A stretch of DNA of 64,000 nucleotides from Candidatus Bathyarchaeota archaeon (GTDB lineage: Archaea > Thermoproteota > Bathyarchaeia > Bathyarchaeales > Bathycorpusculaceae), in contig CAVYES010000006.1 of the NCBI GenBank assembly GCA_963767735.1, positions 288,001 to 352,000 on the forward strand, read 5' to 3'. A model generated the notes under the pieces. The model was not told the origin of the DNA. It ran no database searches and saw only the letters and a list, made by a program, of their open reading frames with translations. A program made the position numbers and the translations under genes. Shown in pieces: positions 20,748-31,267 of this stretch (position 1 is the first letter of the stretch; every line of letters begins with the position of its first letter).

Positions 20748-21475
20748 GTGAAAACTGTTGGTGACGATTTTCAAACAGAAACAAAATACTCCCGAGACAA
20801 AAGGTCTTGGTGGCAATTTAGACTGGGCGAATAAGCCAGAAACCTATAAGAGCTATCCCTCCAGCAAGACCATCCAGCTGCCAAATGTGTTGCCGGAGGC
20901 AACTATGGGTTTCGCTGAGGTTCTTCGCAGACGCAAGAGCATCCGAGCCTTCTCAAATCAGCCTTTAAGCTTAGATGATTTAGGTTTTCTTCTTTGGGCA
21001 TCGACAGGTATCCAAAGAGTCGAGCAGGGCTACGAGTTCCGCACAGCCCCATCAGCTGGAGCATTATACCCCATCGAAACATACATAGCAGCAAACAACA
21101 TCGAAGACATGGATAGCGGCATTTATCACTACAACATAAAAAACCACTTGCTGGAAGAAATAAAGACTGGAAATTTCGGCGATGCCATAGCCCACGCAGC
21201 CTTGGGTCAACAAATTTGTGCAACCGCATCCGTCGTCTTCATCTGGACAGCCATCTTTGAGAGGTCCAAGTGGAAATACAAACAGAGAGCTTACAGATAC
21301 ATCTACTTAGATGCAGGACACATAGCGGAGAACTTGGCGTTGGCGGCGGCAAGCATCAACTGTGGATCCTGCCAAATCGGAGCTTTCTTCGACGACGAAA
21401 TAAACTCAATAGTGGGATGTAGACGGAGCGGAAGAAAGCACAATCCTTCTTAGCGTGATTGGCCACCCAAAATGA
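20748..21475 (+). CDS. SagB/ThcOx-type nitroreductase-family protein (two apparent frameshifts, ~20803 and ~21415)
   Basis: RRKSIRAF, RTAPSAGALYPIE, YLDAGHIAENL; alternative frames give the expected termini VGDDFQTETKY and DVDGAEESTILLSVIGHPK. Confidence 0.85.
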
Positions 21476-21601
21476 TCACAAAGCGCAAAGCACTGCAAGA
21501 CTGAAAGTGGCTACCATACACTATTTCAAATGTGGGAAAATTACTGTATTCATCAGAAAATCTATGTACAGTCTGCCTCTCATCTTCAAATTTATTAAAG
21601 A

Positions 21602-22312
21602 ATGCTTTGCGAAAGGGACTTTAACCAAGCTTCAAGCACTATGAAGCAAAAGAAGTTGATTGAGATGGCTGAGAAGACAAAACCTTGCATAATCTCATGT
21701 AGCGTTTTGAAAAAAGAAATCCAGAAACTCGCCAAACAAGGAGAACTTGATGCTGATTTAATCTTCGTAAGCAAATACTTTCACGTGGACTACAGCCTTT
21801 TAGAAAAGAACTTGCGACCGATTATCAAAGCAAATCTGACACGTTACCCCAAAGGAGCAATCCTAGTGTATGGGGATCTTTGTCTTGGTCCCAACGAGGA
21901 AATGAAGCATCTAGCAGTCGAATATGGCATAGTCAAAGTTGACGCGTTGAACTGCACCGACTGCCTGCTTGGCGGAAAAGGAAAAGTAACAGAAGCAGAT
22001 CCAAATCACGAGCTTTTCATCCTAAGTCCCGGGTTCGTAACAGGATTCTTTGATAGCGTTAAAGAAACAGCTCGACGCGAGGGTATCGATGAAGAATCAC
22101 TCAAGAACCTTTTCAATGGATTAAAAGGCATTGTTTTCTTGGATTCTTTAGGGGAAGGCGAAAAAGCCAGGGAAGAAATCGAAAAAATGAATACTGGACT
22201 CCCCATCCTTGAAATAAAATCCATTGGGCTTGAAAATCTAAAGCATGTACTTTCAGATGCAATGGAACGCAATCGCTGTTTAAAAAAAGATGACGACAGC
22301 AAGAAAACGTAA
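21602..22312 (+). CDS. DUF1638-family protein
   Basis: IISCSVLKKEI, LVYGDLC and NCTDCLLGG motifs. Confidence 0.75.
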   Translation: MLCERDFNQASSTMKQKKLIEMAEKTKPCIISCSVLKKEIQKLAKQGELDADLIFVSKYFHVDYSLLEKNLRPIIKANLTRYPKGAILVYGDLCLGPNEEMKHLAVEYGIVKVDALNCTDCLLGGKGKVTEADPNHELFILSPGFVTGFFDSVKETARREGIDEESLKNLFNGLKGIVFLDSLGEGEKAREEIEKMNTGLPILEIKSIGLENLKHVLSDAMERNRCLKKDDDSKKT

Positions 22313-22374
22313 GATAACATAAGCGTTAAGTAAAAATGAGACGAAATTTATAGAAATAATGATAGGAGATAAGT

Positions 22375-22503
22375 ATGACCAAAAATAAAATAATTGGTTT
22401 TACAGAGTTTTTTGGCAAAGTAAACGCTATAGTAGTTAAAGACGGAAAAATTGAACTTCAAGAAACCGACGTAACAAGATCTGATTGTTGCTGGAAAGAT
22501 TAG
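22375..22503 (+). CDS. Small hypothetical protein (42 aa)
   Basis: MTKNKIIGFTEFFGKVNAIVVKDGKIELQETDVTRSDCCWKD with aggaga RBS upstream. Confidence 0.4.
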   Translation: MTKNKIIGFTEFFGKVNAIVVKDGKIELQETDVTRSDCCWKD

Positions 22504-22860
22504 AAAACATGTTTTTTGTTACTTGCAATATTTAGCAAATTTTTCATGTGCAATAAATCTTTAATCTGCATAGGATAAAAAAACTAAGGGCGTAAAATAA
22601 ACTATTGAAAGAGCAGTCTACTTTTACTCAATTGTGAGTAATAATGGGATAGCCCTTGACAATGATCATAGAAGATCCTTGTTTTTCAAAAGCAGGGCAA
22701 ATTTGCCTCTAAAAAGTTGAAATAAATAAGATTGATGAAGTTGTAGTTGTTTATTCACAGTCACACATCTTAAAATAGGCACTGCCAAGTTAAGGGTAAC
22801 TGATACTTTTGAAAATGGAATTACTTGATTTGCTTTTTGTAGGTTAGGAGGAGAAAATGA

Positions 22861-23577
22861 ATGCAAGATATACTTAGTATTTTTCTTGAGGCTGGAACTT
22901 TCAGGATGTTTGTTTCAGCAATTCAAGCAACGGAACTAGTTGATACGCTTAGAAGCGATGGCCCTTTCACAGTTTTTGCACCAGATGAGGTTGCGTTTGC
23001 CAAAATTCCCAAAGATGAATTAGACAGTTTTCTTACAAACACGCCACACCTAAAGGCAATTCTAACGTATCATATAGTAGCTGGAAAATACACAATTAAT
23101 GAAATCAGTAAAATGAAAACCCTCAAAACAATTCAAGGCCAAGAACTCAAAATTGACGCACACAAATGGCATCTACATGTGAACCCAAAAATCAATGACG
23201 CACTCATCACAAATTATAACCTCGAAGCAGACAACGGCATAATTCATGTTATAGATAAAGTGCTTATGCCCAATATGGAGCTAACTTGCCCCGAATGCGG
23301 AATGGGCTTCATGTCAATGGAGGCTTTGAATGCTCATACTAAAATGGGCCATGTTGCTGAGACAGTATCAGAGCCAACGCTGCCCGCTGAGACTATGCCT
23401 GCAGTTGAAATCGCCAATGAGTCAATGTCTGGCATGTCATCTCAAGAGACACCTCTGAGAGGTTTAGAACCTGATCGGATCAAATGTCCTGACTGTGGAA
23501 AAACCTTCACGAGCCACTCAGAGATGCAGAGACACAGAGACACAATGCACCATGAAACAAAAGGACACGACGAGTAA
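22861..23577 (+). CDS. Fasciclin (FAS1) domain protein with two C2H2 zinc fingers
   Basis: GPFTVFAP, LTYHIV, NGIIHVIDKVL; CPEC...H...H and CPDC...H...H. Confidence 0.88.
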   Translation: MQDILSIFLEAGTFRMFVSAIQATELVDTLRSDGPFTVFAPDEVAFAKIPKDELDSFLTNTPHLKAILTYHIVAGKYTINEISKMKTLKTIQGQELKIDAHKWHLHVNPKINDALITNYNLEADNGIIHVIDKVLMPNMELTCPECGMGFMSMEALNAHTKMGHVAETVSEPTLPAETMPAVEIANESMSGMSSQETPLRGLEPDRIKCPDCGKTFTSHSEMQRHRDTMHHETKGHDE

Positions 23578-23870
23578 TATTTACTTAGCAGATCTAAAAA
23601 AAGAAAACTCAATCACGCTAAAATCATTTTAACAACTTAAACGACTGCTGTTTCAATTTTGTGACAACATTTATTTATATTCGTAAGAATTGTTGCTTAA
23701 CTGATAGCGTGCACGAGTTATATTGATTATATTTCTAGGCAAGAAAAGTGTGTGCAAATTTTAGTTAGCAAGAAATATGAGGAAGAAAACATGGAAAAAC
23801 TTCAAATCTTAATAATTGTAATTTCTAATTTTGTTATCAAGATGCGCATTTTATCTGGAGGCTACTCCAT

Positions 23871-26051
23871 ATGTTGAAAAAGAAAATCCTCATAGGCTTA
23901 TTTGTCCTGTTATTTTTTTCGTTTATATTCGTCGGATTAGCGAGTGCACAAGACGATTGGGTGATGTTCCACCATGATGCTGCACATACGGGATACTCCA
24001 CCACAAACCCTTCAACTGGCCAACTGCTTTGGAAATACACCACCGGCGGCTTGATTGATTCTTCTCCTGCTGTTGCTAACGGCGTAGTCTACATAGGATC
24101 AAATGACGGCTACGTTTATGCTTTGAATGCCGCTACCGGCGTCCAAATCTGGAGTTTCAATACATTCTACGAGCCTTATTCTTCTCCTGCTGTTGTTAAC
24201 GGCGTAGTCTATGTAGCGGATGAGGAGGGCACAGTTTTTGCTTTGAATGCTGTTACCGGCGTCCAAATCTGGCAGTCTACTCCTGGTAGCTATATTTTGT
24301 CGTCTCCTGTCGTTGTCAACAGTGTAGTCTACATAGGCTCCGACGACGGCAACGTTTATGCTTTGAATGCTGCTACTGGCGCACAGGTCTGGAAATACAC
24401 TACCGGCGACAATGTTCGTTCGTCTCCTGCTGTTGTTGACGGTGTCGTCTACGTAGGCTCATGGGACAATAACGTTTATGCTTTGAATGCTGCTACTGGC
24501 GCCCTAATCTGGAAATTCGCCACCGGCAACGAGGTTCAATCTTCTCCTGCGGTTGTTAACGGTGTAGTTTACGTGGGCTCCGATGACAATAACGTTTATG
24601 CTTTGAATGCTGCTACTGGTGCCCAAATCTGGAAATATACTACCGGCGGCTCTGTTGATTCATCTCCTGCTGTTGTCAATGGTGTAGTTTACGTGGGCTC
24701 CGATGGCGATAACGTTGTTGCTATAAACGCTACCAGCGGCGTGCGGATTTGGTTTCATGCAACCGGCAACGAGGTTCAATCTTCTCCCGCGGTTGTGAAC
24801 GGGGTAGTTTACGTGGGCTCCGAGGACGATAATGTTTATGCTTTGGATGCTTCTACTGGCGCCCAAATCTGGAAATACAGCACCGGCGGCTTGATTGATT
24901 CTTGTCCTGCTATTGTGGATGGCATAGTCTACGTAGGCTCATGGGACGATAACGTTTATGCTTTAGGTACTGCTGTAACTTTCACTGAAAGCGGTTTGCC
25001 TTCTGGAACCTCTTGGAGCGTAACTTTTAATGGCGCAACCCAATCTTCATCAACAAATACTATAATATTTCTGGGCATAGCATATGGAAGCTACTCATGG
25101 AGTGCGTCAACGCCGATATCAGGAGGCACAGGAATCCAATACGTCGCCCCAACTTCAACCGGATCAATTACTGTTCCTACTGTAGAATCTCAGGCTGTAA
25201 CTTACACGACTCAGTATGCAGTGACTTTTTCGAGTTCTGGTCTTAGCGGTGATGCTACGGGGAACTTGGTGACTTTCAGTGTTAGCGGCGGCTCATATTC
25301 TGGTGCTACTAGTCCGATTGGTGTGGCTGGTGGTTTCATCTGGGTTCAAAGTGGCGCAGCCGTTACCTACAGCTTCGTTAGTCCTGTTACGAGCAGTGTG
25401 GCTGGTAAGCAGTATGCGCTTAGCAGTGTTACTGGCTCTGTTTCTCCAATTACTGTTTCTGCTCCCGGTACAGTTACCGGCGTCTATGCAACTCAATATC
25501 AAGTGACTTTCGTTGTTAGTCCTTCTGGAACTGGAACAACTTCTCCTTCTGGTACCAGTGTTTGGGAGAATGCCGTTTCCCTTCCATTAACAGCTACTCC
25601 TAGCGCTGGCTACATGTTCTCTTCATGGTCGTCCAGCACAGGATCAATCACCTTTAACAATGCCGCTTCCGCTTCAACAACGGCGACATTAGGCGGAACA
25701 GGCACAATCACTGCAACGTTTGAAGTAACACCCTCTCCAACTCCTACTCCAGCTCCAACCGCAGCTCCTACTTCTGCTCCAACCGCTGCTCCAACAGCTG
25801 CACCAACAGCACCACCAATTCAAACAACCGCTGCACCAGTTACAACTGCTTCCCCAACTGCCGCCCCAACCGCTAAACCAACTGCCGCCCCAACACCGAC
25901 GATTCCAGAATTTCCTGGTCAATTGCTAGGAATTACTTTACTTGCTTTTATGATCATAGTCTTGTCTGTAGTTGCCATTGCAAAGAAGAAAGTAAAATGG
26001 AAATCCGTGTCGACTAGCACTCTGAGAGAAACGATGCGCCTTCACATATGA
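23871..26051 (+). CDS. Secreted PQQ-like (BamB-type) beta-propeller surface protein with Pro/Thr linker and PEF-CTERM sorting signal
   Basis: Signal peptide; ~8 repeats of SSPAVVNGVVYVGS.D..VYALNAATG..IW; FTESGLP..W repeat; APTA repeats; IPEFP + TM + basic tail. Confidence 0.9.
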   Translation: MLKKKILIGLFVLLFFSFIFVGLASAQDDWVMFHHDAAHTGYSTTNPSTGQLLWKYTTGGLIDSSPAVANGVVYIGSNDGYVYALNAATGVQIWSFNTFYEPYSSPAVVNGVVYVADEEGTVFALNAVTGVQIWQSTPGSYILSSPVVVNSVVYIGSDDGNVYALNAATGAQVWKYTTGDNVRSSPAVVDGVVYVGSWDNNVYALNAATGALIWKFATGNEVQSSPAVVNGVVYVGSDDNNVYALNAATGAQIWKYTTGGSVDSSPAVVNGVVYVGSDGDNVVAINATSGVRIWFHATGNEVQSSPAVVNGVVYVGSEDDNVYALDASTGAQIWKYSTGGLIDSCPAIVDGIVYVGSWDDNVYALGTAVTFTESGLPSGTSWSVTFNGATQSSSTNTIIFLGIAYGSYSWSASTPISGGTGIQYVAPTSTGSITVPTVESQAVTYTTQYAVTFSSSGLSGDATGNLVTFSVSGGSYSGATSPIGVAGGFIWVQSGAAVTYSFVSPVTSSVAGKQYALSSVTGSVSPITVSAPGTVTGVYATQYQVTFVVSPSGTGTTSPSGTSVWENAVSLPLTATPSAGYMFSSWSSSTGSITFNNAASASTTATLGGTGTITATFEVTPSPTPTPAPTAAPTSAPTAAPTAAPTAPPIQTTAAPVTTASPTAAPTAKPTAAPTPTIPEFPGQLLGITLLAFMIIVLSVVAIAKKKVKWKSVSTSTLRETMRLHI

Positions 26052-26355
26052 CTTTCCTCAAAATGAGCGGGAATTAACACGAAAACGTTAAATTAGCAAC
26101 GCACTGGCTCGCACAGATATCAAGGATGGACATAGACTAAAAGTAAGGCAGAAAGAAAAAGAGAGAGAGTTCAAACTACACAATATTGTTTTTCAAGGAT
26201 ACCTGTTTTGCCTTAATCTTTCGTTTATGGCTTCTTCTCCTTTCTGTGTCAGTTTGTATTTTTCGCCATCCTTTTGCGTGATCGCAATTGTGCTCTATAG
26301 AAAATAAAGAAACGCTTATGACCGCAAAAACTCTAATCAACATAGAGTATCCGCA

Positions 26356-26913
26356 ATGTTAAGAACAAAACACGCAAGAATCATGGAAATACTGGTCGCT
26401 GCCATAATAATTGGTGCGGTAACTTCATCAGTCGTTATCGCGTATAATTGGCAATCAATCTTTTCATCGAGTGCGCCATCGAAGTATCCGATAGCGCTCA
26501 GCAACGTCCTTTTTTCAATGCCGAATTGGAATAGTTCTGAGATCGCACGCGCGGGGTTACAAATTGAGTCCGTATCAGTAGGCATCCAAACTGGAAACGC
26601 AAGCGAGCCGATTATTTCAAATTGGATAACCCTCAACACTACAGGTTTAGAGCCGTTGGCATCACCTCTAGTCGTTGCATCAGGCGGCAAATTTGCAACG
26701 TCAGATTACATAACGCCGACAGCATATTTGATAGGGCAAACAATGGTAATTGATAGAATCTCTAACATCACTCAGATACACCAGCAGTTGACAATAATGA
26801 TTACTTCTAAAATGCTACAATACACAGCGGGTGAATACGTAAACATGCAAGCAACACACACAGGATACGCGATTGCTATCCCCACAAATGCAACGTGGAA
26901 CACAATTCCGTAA
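26356..26913 (+). CDS. Hypothetical membrane-anchored or secreted protein
   Basis: N-terminal hydrophobic helix; Ser/Thr/Asn-rich with NxS/T sequons. Confidence 0.55.
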   Translation: MLRTKHARIMEILVAAIIIGAVTSSVVIAYNWQSIFSSSAPSKYPIALSNVLFSMPNWNSSEIARAGLQIESVSVGIQTGNASEPIISNWITLNTTGLEPLASPLVVASGGKFATSDYITPTAYLIGQTMVIDRISNITQIHQQLTIMITSKMLQYTAGEYVNMQATHTGYAIAIPTNATWNTIP

Positions 26914-27425
26914 TTTCAATTGAAACACGAAACAAGTGTGAATATGATCTTTTCATGTGGTGCTGATTAGAAGGCTTCGCGCCCGCTCTCACTTACTTCA
27001 ATAAGTAATATCGGGACAAGGCAATGCGCTATTGGAAACCCAGTAATGTTGAGTTAATAGGCAAAAATTAGTGTTAGGCGGATTTAGCCTTGCGCTAACA
27101 GGGATAAGGTAAAAAGAAGAGAGGGGACCTTATCTTCTATTAGCAGCCGAACCCGCTCAAACGACCGTTGGCTCTTGTTCACCCATTATCCTTCAAAGAG
27201 AATATAAAATAATGTTGTCACAACCTGAAACCAACAAGATAACCTCTTGTTCGATAATAAGCAGTTTATCATTAATCCATGCTTAGTAAGTTCCTTCTGC
27301 AGCAACCATTGAAGCAACAATCTGTTCGGCGTATTCTTCTTTTAGTTTAAAAATTATCTCCCTCATGCTTATATTATAGTTTTAAAAGATAATATTATAG
27401 TCTAATAGCATATGAGGAAAAAGTA

Positions 27426-28496
27426 ATGGAAAAAATAACAGAAACACCCATTCACCGGATTTTAGATACAATCTCATCTCACTTAGGCGAACCTTTGTCA
27501 ATCAACCAACTAACCAAAAAAATTAAAGAAAAATATGGTGCTGCGTATTATTCAAATATCTATAAACAAATCAAAGAATTAGAAAACCAGGGATTACTGA
27601 CAACCACTTTCTGTGGAAAATCAAGCATAATTAAGGCCAACTTCGACAATGAGCTAATAATAGAATTGTTTGCACAAATGGAAATCGAAAATAAAATTAA
27701 TTTTCTAAAAGATAAGAATGAATTATTAATTGTCTTATCAAGCATGAATAAATCACTTGATGATATTTGCTCAATAAAGTCAATAACCTCAATAAATCCC
27801 CAAAAGAATTCTGAATTCAATAGGCTGGAACTACTCTTTCTTTTAAGAAAAATGATTGAATATAAAGATATCACATTTGAGCTCTATACGAAGATGAGAG
27901 AATTACAGGACCAATTCAACTTGAAGATAGATAGCCTTATTCTAAACGAAGATGATTTTTCTTCATTGATAAGATCAAATGAAATAAATCCATTAAGAGA
28001 AGCTTTTGCCAAAGAGATAACCATCTTCTGTCCACAGGCATTCTGGAGTCAAATTAAGGAGATCTCCGAAGAATCCGAAATCAAGACATTAGAAATAGAG
28101 ACAAAACCTAACCACATTACAGAAACAGATCTAATTTACAATCTTAATCGATTTGGCTACAAAGAATTTGGCAACAGGATATCTCAAGCTAACAAGTTCT
28201 GCATTGAATATATAATCACAGGTTTACTGCTTTCAAATGATGCAAGAAGATTAGAGGCCATCCCAATAATTCTCGCAAAGAATAACTTTCGAAGTAACCT
28301 ATTGGCATTTCTTTGCCAAAAGTATAGGATTGCGGGCAAACTTTTGGGATTGCTAAAAAGTCTCCAAAACATTAAACCAAACGATAAAATTAGGGATACA
28401 ATTAGTCTTTTAGAGATCTTCAAAGAGGAGCAAGAAACACCAACTGATGAAGAGAGCATAAGGCGAAATATGAGGCTATATAATGCCATTAGATAA
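27426..28496 (+). CDS. wHTH-containing protein, probable partner of a nucleotidyltransferase (type IV TA/AbiE-like arrangement)
   Basis: N-terminal wHTH (SINQL...Y..IKELENQGLL); overlaps the start of a deleted DUF6036-like gene. Confidence 0.55.
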   Translation: MEKITETPIHRILDTISSHLGEPLSINQLTKKIKEKYGAAYYSNIYKQIKELENQGLLTTTFCGKSSIIKANFDNELIIELFAQMEIENKINFLKDKNELLIVLSSMNKSLDDICSIKSITSINPQKNSEFNRLELLFLLRKMIEYKDITFELYTKMRELQDQFNLKIDSLILNEDDFSSLIRSNEINPLREAFAKEITIFCPQAFWSQIKEISEESEIKTLEIETKPNHITETDLIYNLNRFGYKEFGNRISQANKFCIEYIITGLLLSNDARRLEAIPIILAKNNFRSNLLAFLCQKYRIAGKLLGLLKSLQNIKPNDKIRDTISLLEIFKEEQETPTDEESIRRNMRLYNAIR

Positions 28497-28622
28497 AGCC
28501 GTTTTATTTAACCTCCTGAAGAACTTTGACGAGGAAGCAAAAGAAAAGATTACTCTGGTTGCAGCAAAGATACAGAATCAATAGATGAAGTATTACAGAG
28601 ATACAAAACCCAAAAAGAATAA
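28483..28622 (+). pseudogene. Internally deleted DUF6036/AbiEii-like nucleotidyltransferase remnant
   Basis: MPLDKAVFINLLKNFDEEAKEKITLVAA breaks off just before the expected GG-x-A motif, then a short C-terminal-like stub (ESIDEVLQRYKTQKE). Confidence 0.5.
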
Positions 28623-28840
28623 GGCTAACGCTTCGGTTTTTTGTAGTATTTCTGTGAAGAATTTTTTGCCCAGAATACGGACTCCCGTCATTGCCTGAGA
28701 GGAACTGGGAGGTTCACAGTTCTCAATTACATCGTAATTGGGTAACGTGGATGCTGAAATTGGTGAAACAAGCCATTAACTTTATCTATTACTTTGTAAA
28801 TAAAAGTTAAATGTAAAGTGGTTTTAGTTGTTAAGCATAT

Positions 28841-29221
28841 TTGAATTTGGAGGAAAAAAGCATGAATGATGATATTTACCTCCTGCTGAACGCTTCTGAG
28901 AAATTGAACAGCCAAACCGTTTCCTTGACACGCTGCCTTATTTTGGCCCTGCTTTCGTATTTTGTCGACGGAATCCAGTTTAGAGAATTGAAGAGCGCCC
29001 TAACGATGTCTGATGGTAAATTAATTGCGAACCTCAACGTTCTGAGAACCTTAGGATACATTGGAAAATCTGAGGTCGATGTCAATAAGAGAAAGCTTGA
29101 CGTCTATTCATTAACTGCAAAGGGCAAAAGTGAATTGAACAAAATTACTGACTGGATGAAATTGGTCCAAACAGTTGCAAGTGAGGGAGATAAGAAATGC
29201 CCAGTAATCTTGACAAATTAG
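28841..29221 (+). CDS. Winged-helix transcriptional regulator (HTH_34/MarR-like)
   Basis: FRELKSAL.MSDGKL..NL..L...GYI and YSLTAKG. Confidence 0.8.
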   Translation: MNLEEKSMNDDIYLLLNASEKLNSQTVSLTRCLILALLSYFVDGIQFRELKSALTMSDGKLIANLNVLRTLGYIGKSEVDVNKRKLDVYSLTAKGKSELNKITDWMKLVQTVASEGDKKCPVILTN

Positions 29222-29727
29222 TCGCTTGTCTCAAATTCTTTGGTTTGCAACCCAGTATGAGTAATTATCAGTGGCGGTTTATAGCGCAGAAAATCGCTTT
29301 TTTGGCAAAGGCCCTTGGAATGAATATTGGTTATGATTTCACTATTTATGTCGCAGGACCCTATTCGAGAGATTTAAACTGCGATTATTACCCAAATGAA
29401 GTTAAGAGCAGGATAGATGCACTTGAAACAACGTATGAACTGACGCCCCGTGACATCGCTGCTTTAGACAGAATAAAGGGTTGTCAAGGACTATTGGAAA
29501 ATCAAAGCTTACTTGAGGCAACATCTACTGCAGTTTACCTTATGACGCAAAGCCCTAATCAAAGTGAAGATCGCTTGTTCGTTAACTTGAGATGGCTCAA
29601 ACCTCATTTAAGTGAGTCTGACCGTGTAATTGGAATTTCTAAGGCAAAAGAGCTGTTATTTAGAACCAATTATTTGACAAACGAGCTTAAGCAGGAAATG
29701 GACGAATGGGATAGACTGGAAAGCTGA
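29197..29727 (+). CDS. SocA/YwgA (Panacea-like) family protein
   Basis: AQKIAFL...GYDF..Y.AGPYSRDL and LLEATST motifs. Confidence 0.6.
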   Translation: MPSNLDKLVACLKFFGLQPSMSNYQWRFIAQKIAFLAKALGMNIGYDFTIYVAGPYSRDLNCDYYPNEVKSRIDALETTYELTPRDIAALDRIKGCQGLLENQSLLEATSTAVYLMTQSPNQSEDRLFVNLRWLKPHLSESDRVIGISKAKELLFRTNYLTNELKQEMDEWDRLES

Positions 29728-29762
29728 CGAAAATATATGCAGACTTAAGGGGAGTCGCCCGC

Positions 29763-30170
29763 TTATGTTGTTTCAAATATTATTTCTAAGTCTTTTTCAC
29801 TGAAGGTTATTTTGAAATGGGAAAATACATCTTTTCTACCTAATAGCCGTGGTACCTCATCTGAGTCGGCAAAACCAGCTTTCACGTCAAGAGCTGTATC
29901 GCCAATTTTCATTTTGACCGTATGCACGTAACTAGGAATAAGAACTCTGCCCACCCCAATTATTGGATAGTATTCTCCTTGCGTGAGGTCAAGGTCTAAA
30001 AGTGCAGCATCGTTTCTTCTAAACAAAGAGATGTCTGCGCCGCTGTCAATATAAACCCTAAAAGGGTGCCACTGCTGAGTTTTTGAGCAAAGTAAAATTG
30101 TGGCTTTTGGTCGATTGATTATCCCTGATCGGCAAGATTCAGGTGAATACTTAAAAACGTACGTTTTCAA
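29763..30170 (-). CDS. Retropepsin-like (clan AA) aspartyl protease
   Basis: YIDSGADIS catalytic motif and LLGRKD. Confidence 0.85.
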   Translation of the reverse strand: MKTYVFKYSPESCRSGIINRPKATILLCSKTQQWHPFRVYIDSGADISLFRRNDAALLDLDLTQGEYYPIIGVGRVLIPSYVHTVKMKIGDTALDVKAGFADSDEVPRLLGRKDVFSHFKITFSEKDLEIIFETT

Positions 30171-30382
30171 AGTATGAGTACATCCGCTGACTCGATATAC
30201 TCAATTTCTATTTCTTCTGTTTTCGCTTTCGGATATTTTTTTAATGCTTCTTTCAATGCCTCGCTCGATGTCCGGCCAGCGGCTACTATCTTGTTTTTGT
30301 ATATCGCTACGTCCATTCCACTGTACTTTTTGTATTCTTCCGGTGAAATTTCGGGTGCTTCAACAATTATTTTCTCGGGCAC
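30167..30382 (-). CDS. DUF5678-family small protein
   Basis: KYSGMDVAI...KIVAAG...EAL..A motif; 4-nt overlap with the protease; GTG start inferred. Confidence 0.7.
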   Translation of the reverse strand: MPEKIIVEAPEISPEEYKKYSGMDVAIYKNKIVAAGRTSSEALKEALKKYPKAKTEEIEIEYIESADVLIL

Positions 30383-30602
30383 TAAGAACACATCTGCAAA
30401 AGAATGAATGTTGCTATCTAAAGTATTAAGTTTTTCGTGGCAAAATGTAAGCAACAATTTAGTAAATGAGTCTATTTTATTGGTCCTAAAGCGCTTTCCA
30501 TGCTAAGACGGCTAGCGTAAAATTCACGTTGCCCTTCCATAAAAACCCAGAAACCTTTGTGCTGCTTCTGATCGGTCAGGCAAATCTTGGGCAGGCTTCG
30601 AT

Positions 30603-30713
30603 GGAAGGAATTTTGGAAATTAGAGGTTTTCTGGTCCGAACGTTGGTTCATAAGCTACTGAAGCAAAAACGCTGCTCGGCAACTCTTCTTGCTCTTCGTT
30701 CCCGCCGCTATGC
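30603..30713 (-). repeat. Degenerate copy of the 3' end of gene 31683..32459 (cf. ~31664-31776)
   Basis: Shared ggaattttgg, agaggttttctggtccgaacg, gctactgaagc and tcttgctcttcg blocks in the same order. Confidence 0.8.
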
Positions 30714-30890
30714 CTCTTCGACGGACTTAGTAAATCATGAGCCTAAACATGCATGTAACATGGAGAGTTAATGGCAGTAAAAACCTATTCAATTTGCCCC
30801 AAAAACTGTTTAGCACAGTGTCTTTTTAGAAAATGTGCACTCCTCCAGAAAGAATTAACAGAATGAACCCTTGACAACAGAACGAAACTG

Positions 30891-31250
30891 TTAAGTGATT
30901 ATTCGTATCTTCCTTTTTGTAATAATAACGAGTTTGTTTTGTATTACTTTCAGATTTATTTTGTTTTGAGCTAAATTTAATATTTCAATAATGTTGATTG
31001 ATGTTGGAGGATTTGCTTTTATGATTATAACCGTGAGTGAAGTGCCTTTTTGAAAGGTCCGATAGAGTTGGGCAAACCCTTTGTCTAACGTGATGATTGA
31101 CATTTTGTTTTTTACGGCGTATTCTGCTATGACTCGGTCTTTGGCGCTTTTAAGAAGCAGTTTCGAGACGTTTACTGTTTCAAAACCTTTCTTAGATAAC
31201 CATTCCTCAACATCCTTTGGGATATTTTCATCAACTATCATCTTAGCCAA
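30891..31250 (-). CDS. DUF5615 PIN-like toxin (VapC45-like)
   Basis: IVDENIP, KD..IAEYA, IITLDKGF; start uncertain. Confidence 0.85.
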   Translation of the reverse strand: MAKMIVDENIPKDVEEWLSKKGFETVNVSKLLLKSAKDRVIAEYAVKNKMSIITLDKGFAQLYRTFQKGTSLTVIIIKANPPTSINIIEILNLAQNKINLKVIQNKLVIITKRKIRIIT

Positions 31251-31267
31251 AGGATGCGCAGCTCTTT

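Noticed and set aside
24030-24965. ~120-bp tandem DNA repeats
   Set aside because: They encode the beta-propeller blades of the surface protein
25730-25900. Short tandem repeats (gctccaacc...)
   Set aside because: Coding Pro/Thr/Ala linker
26190-26290. Minus-strand wHTH-like fragment (KYKLTQKGEEAI)
   Set aside because: Too short and without a start; probably debris and cannot be assigned
30529-30771. 80-aa plus-strand ORF
   Set aside because: Antisense reading of the duplicated gene-end remnant
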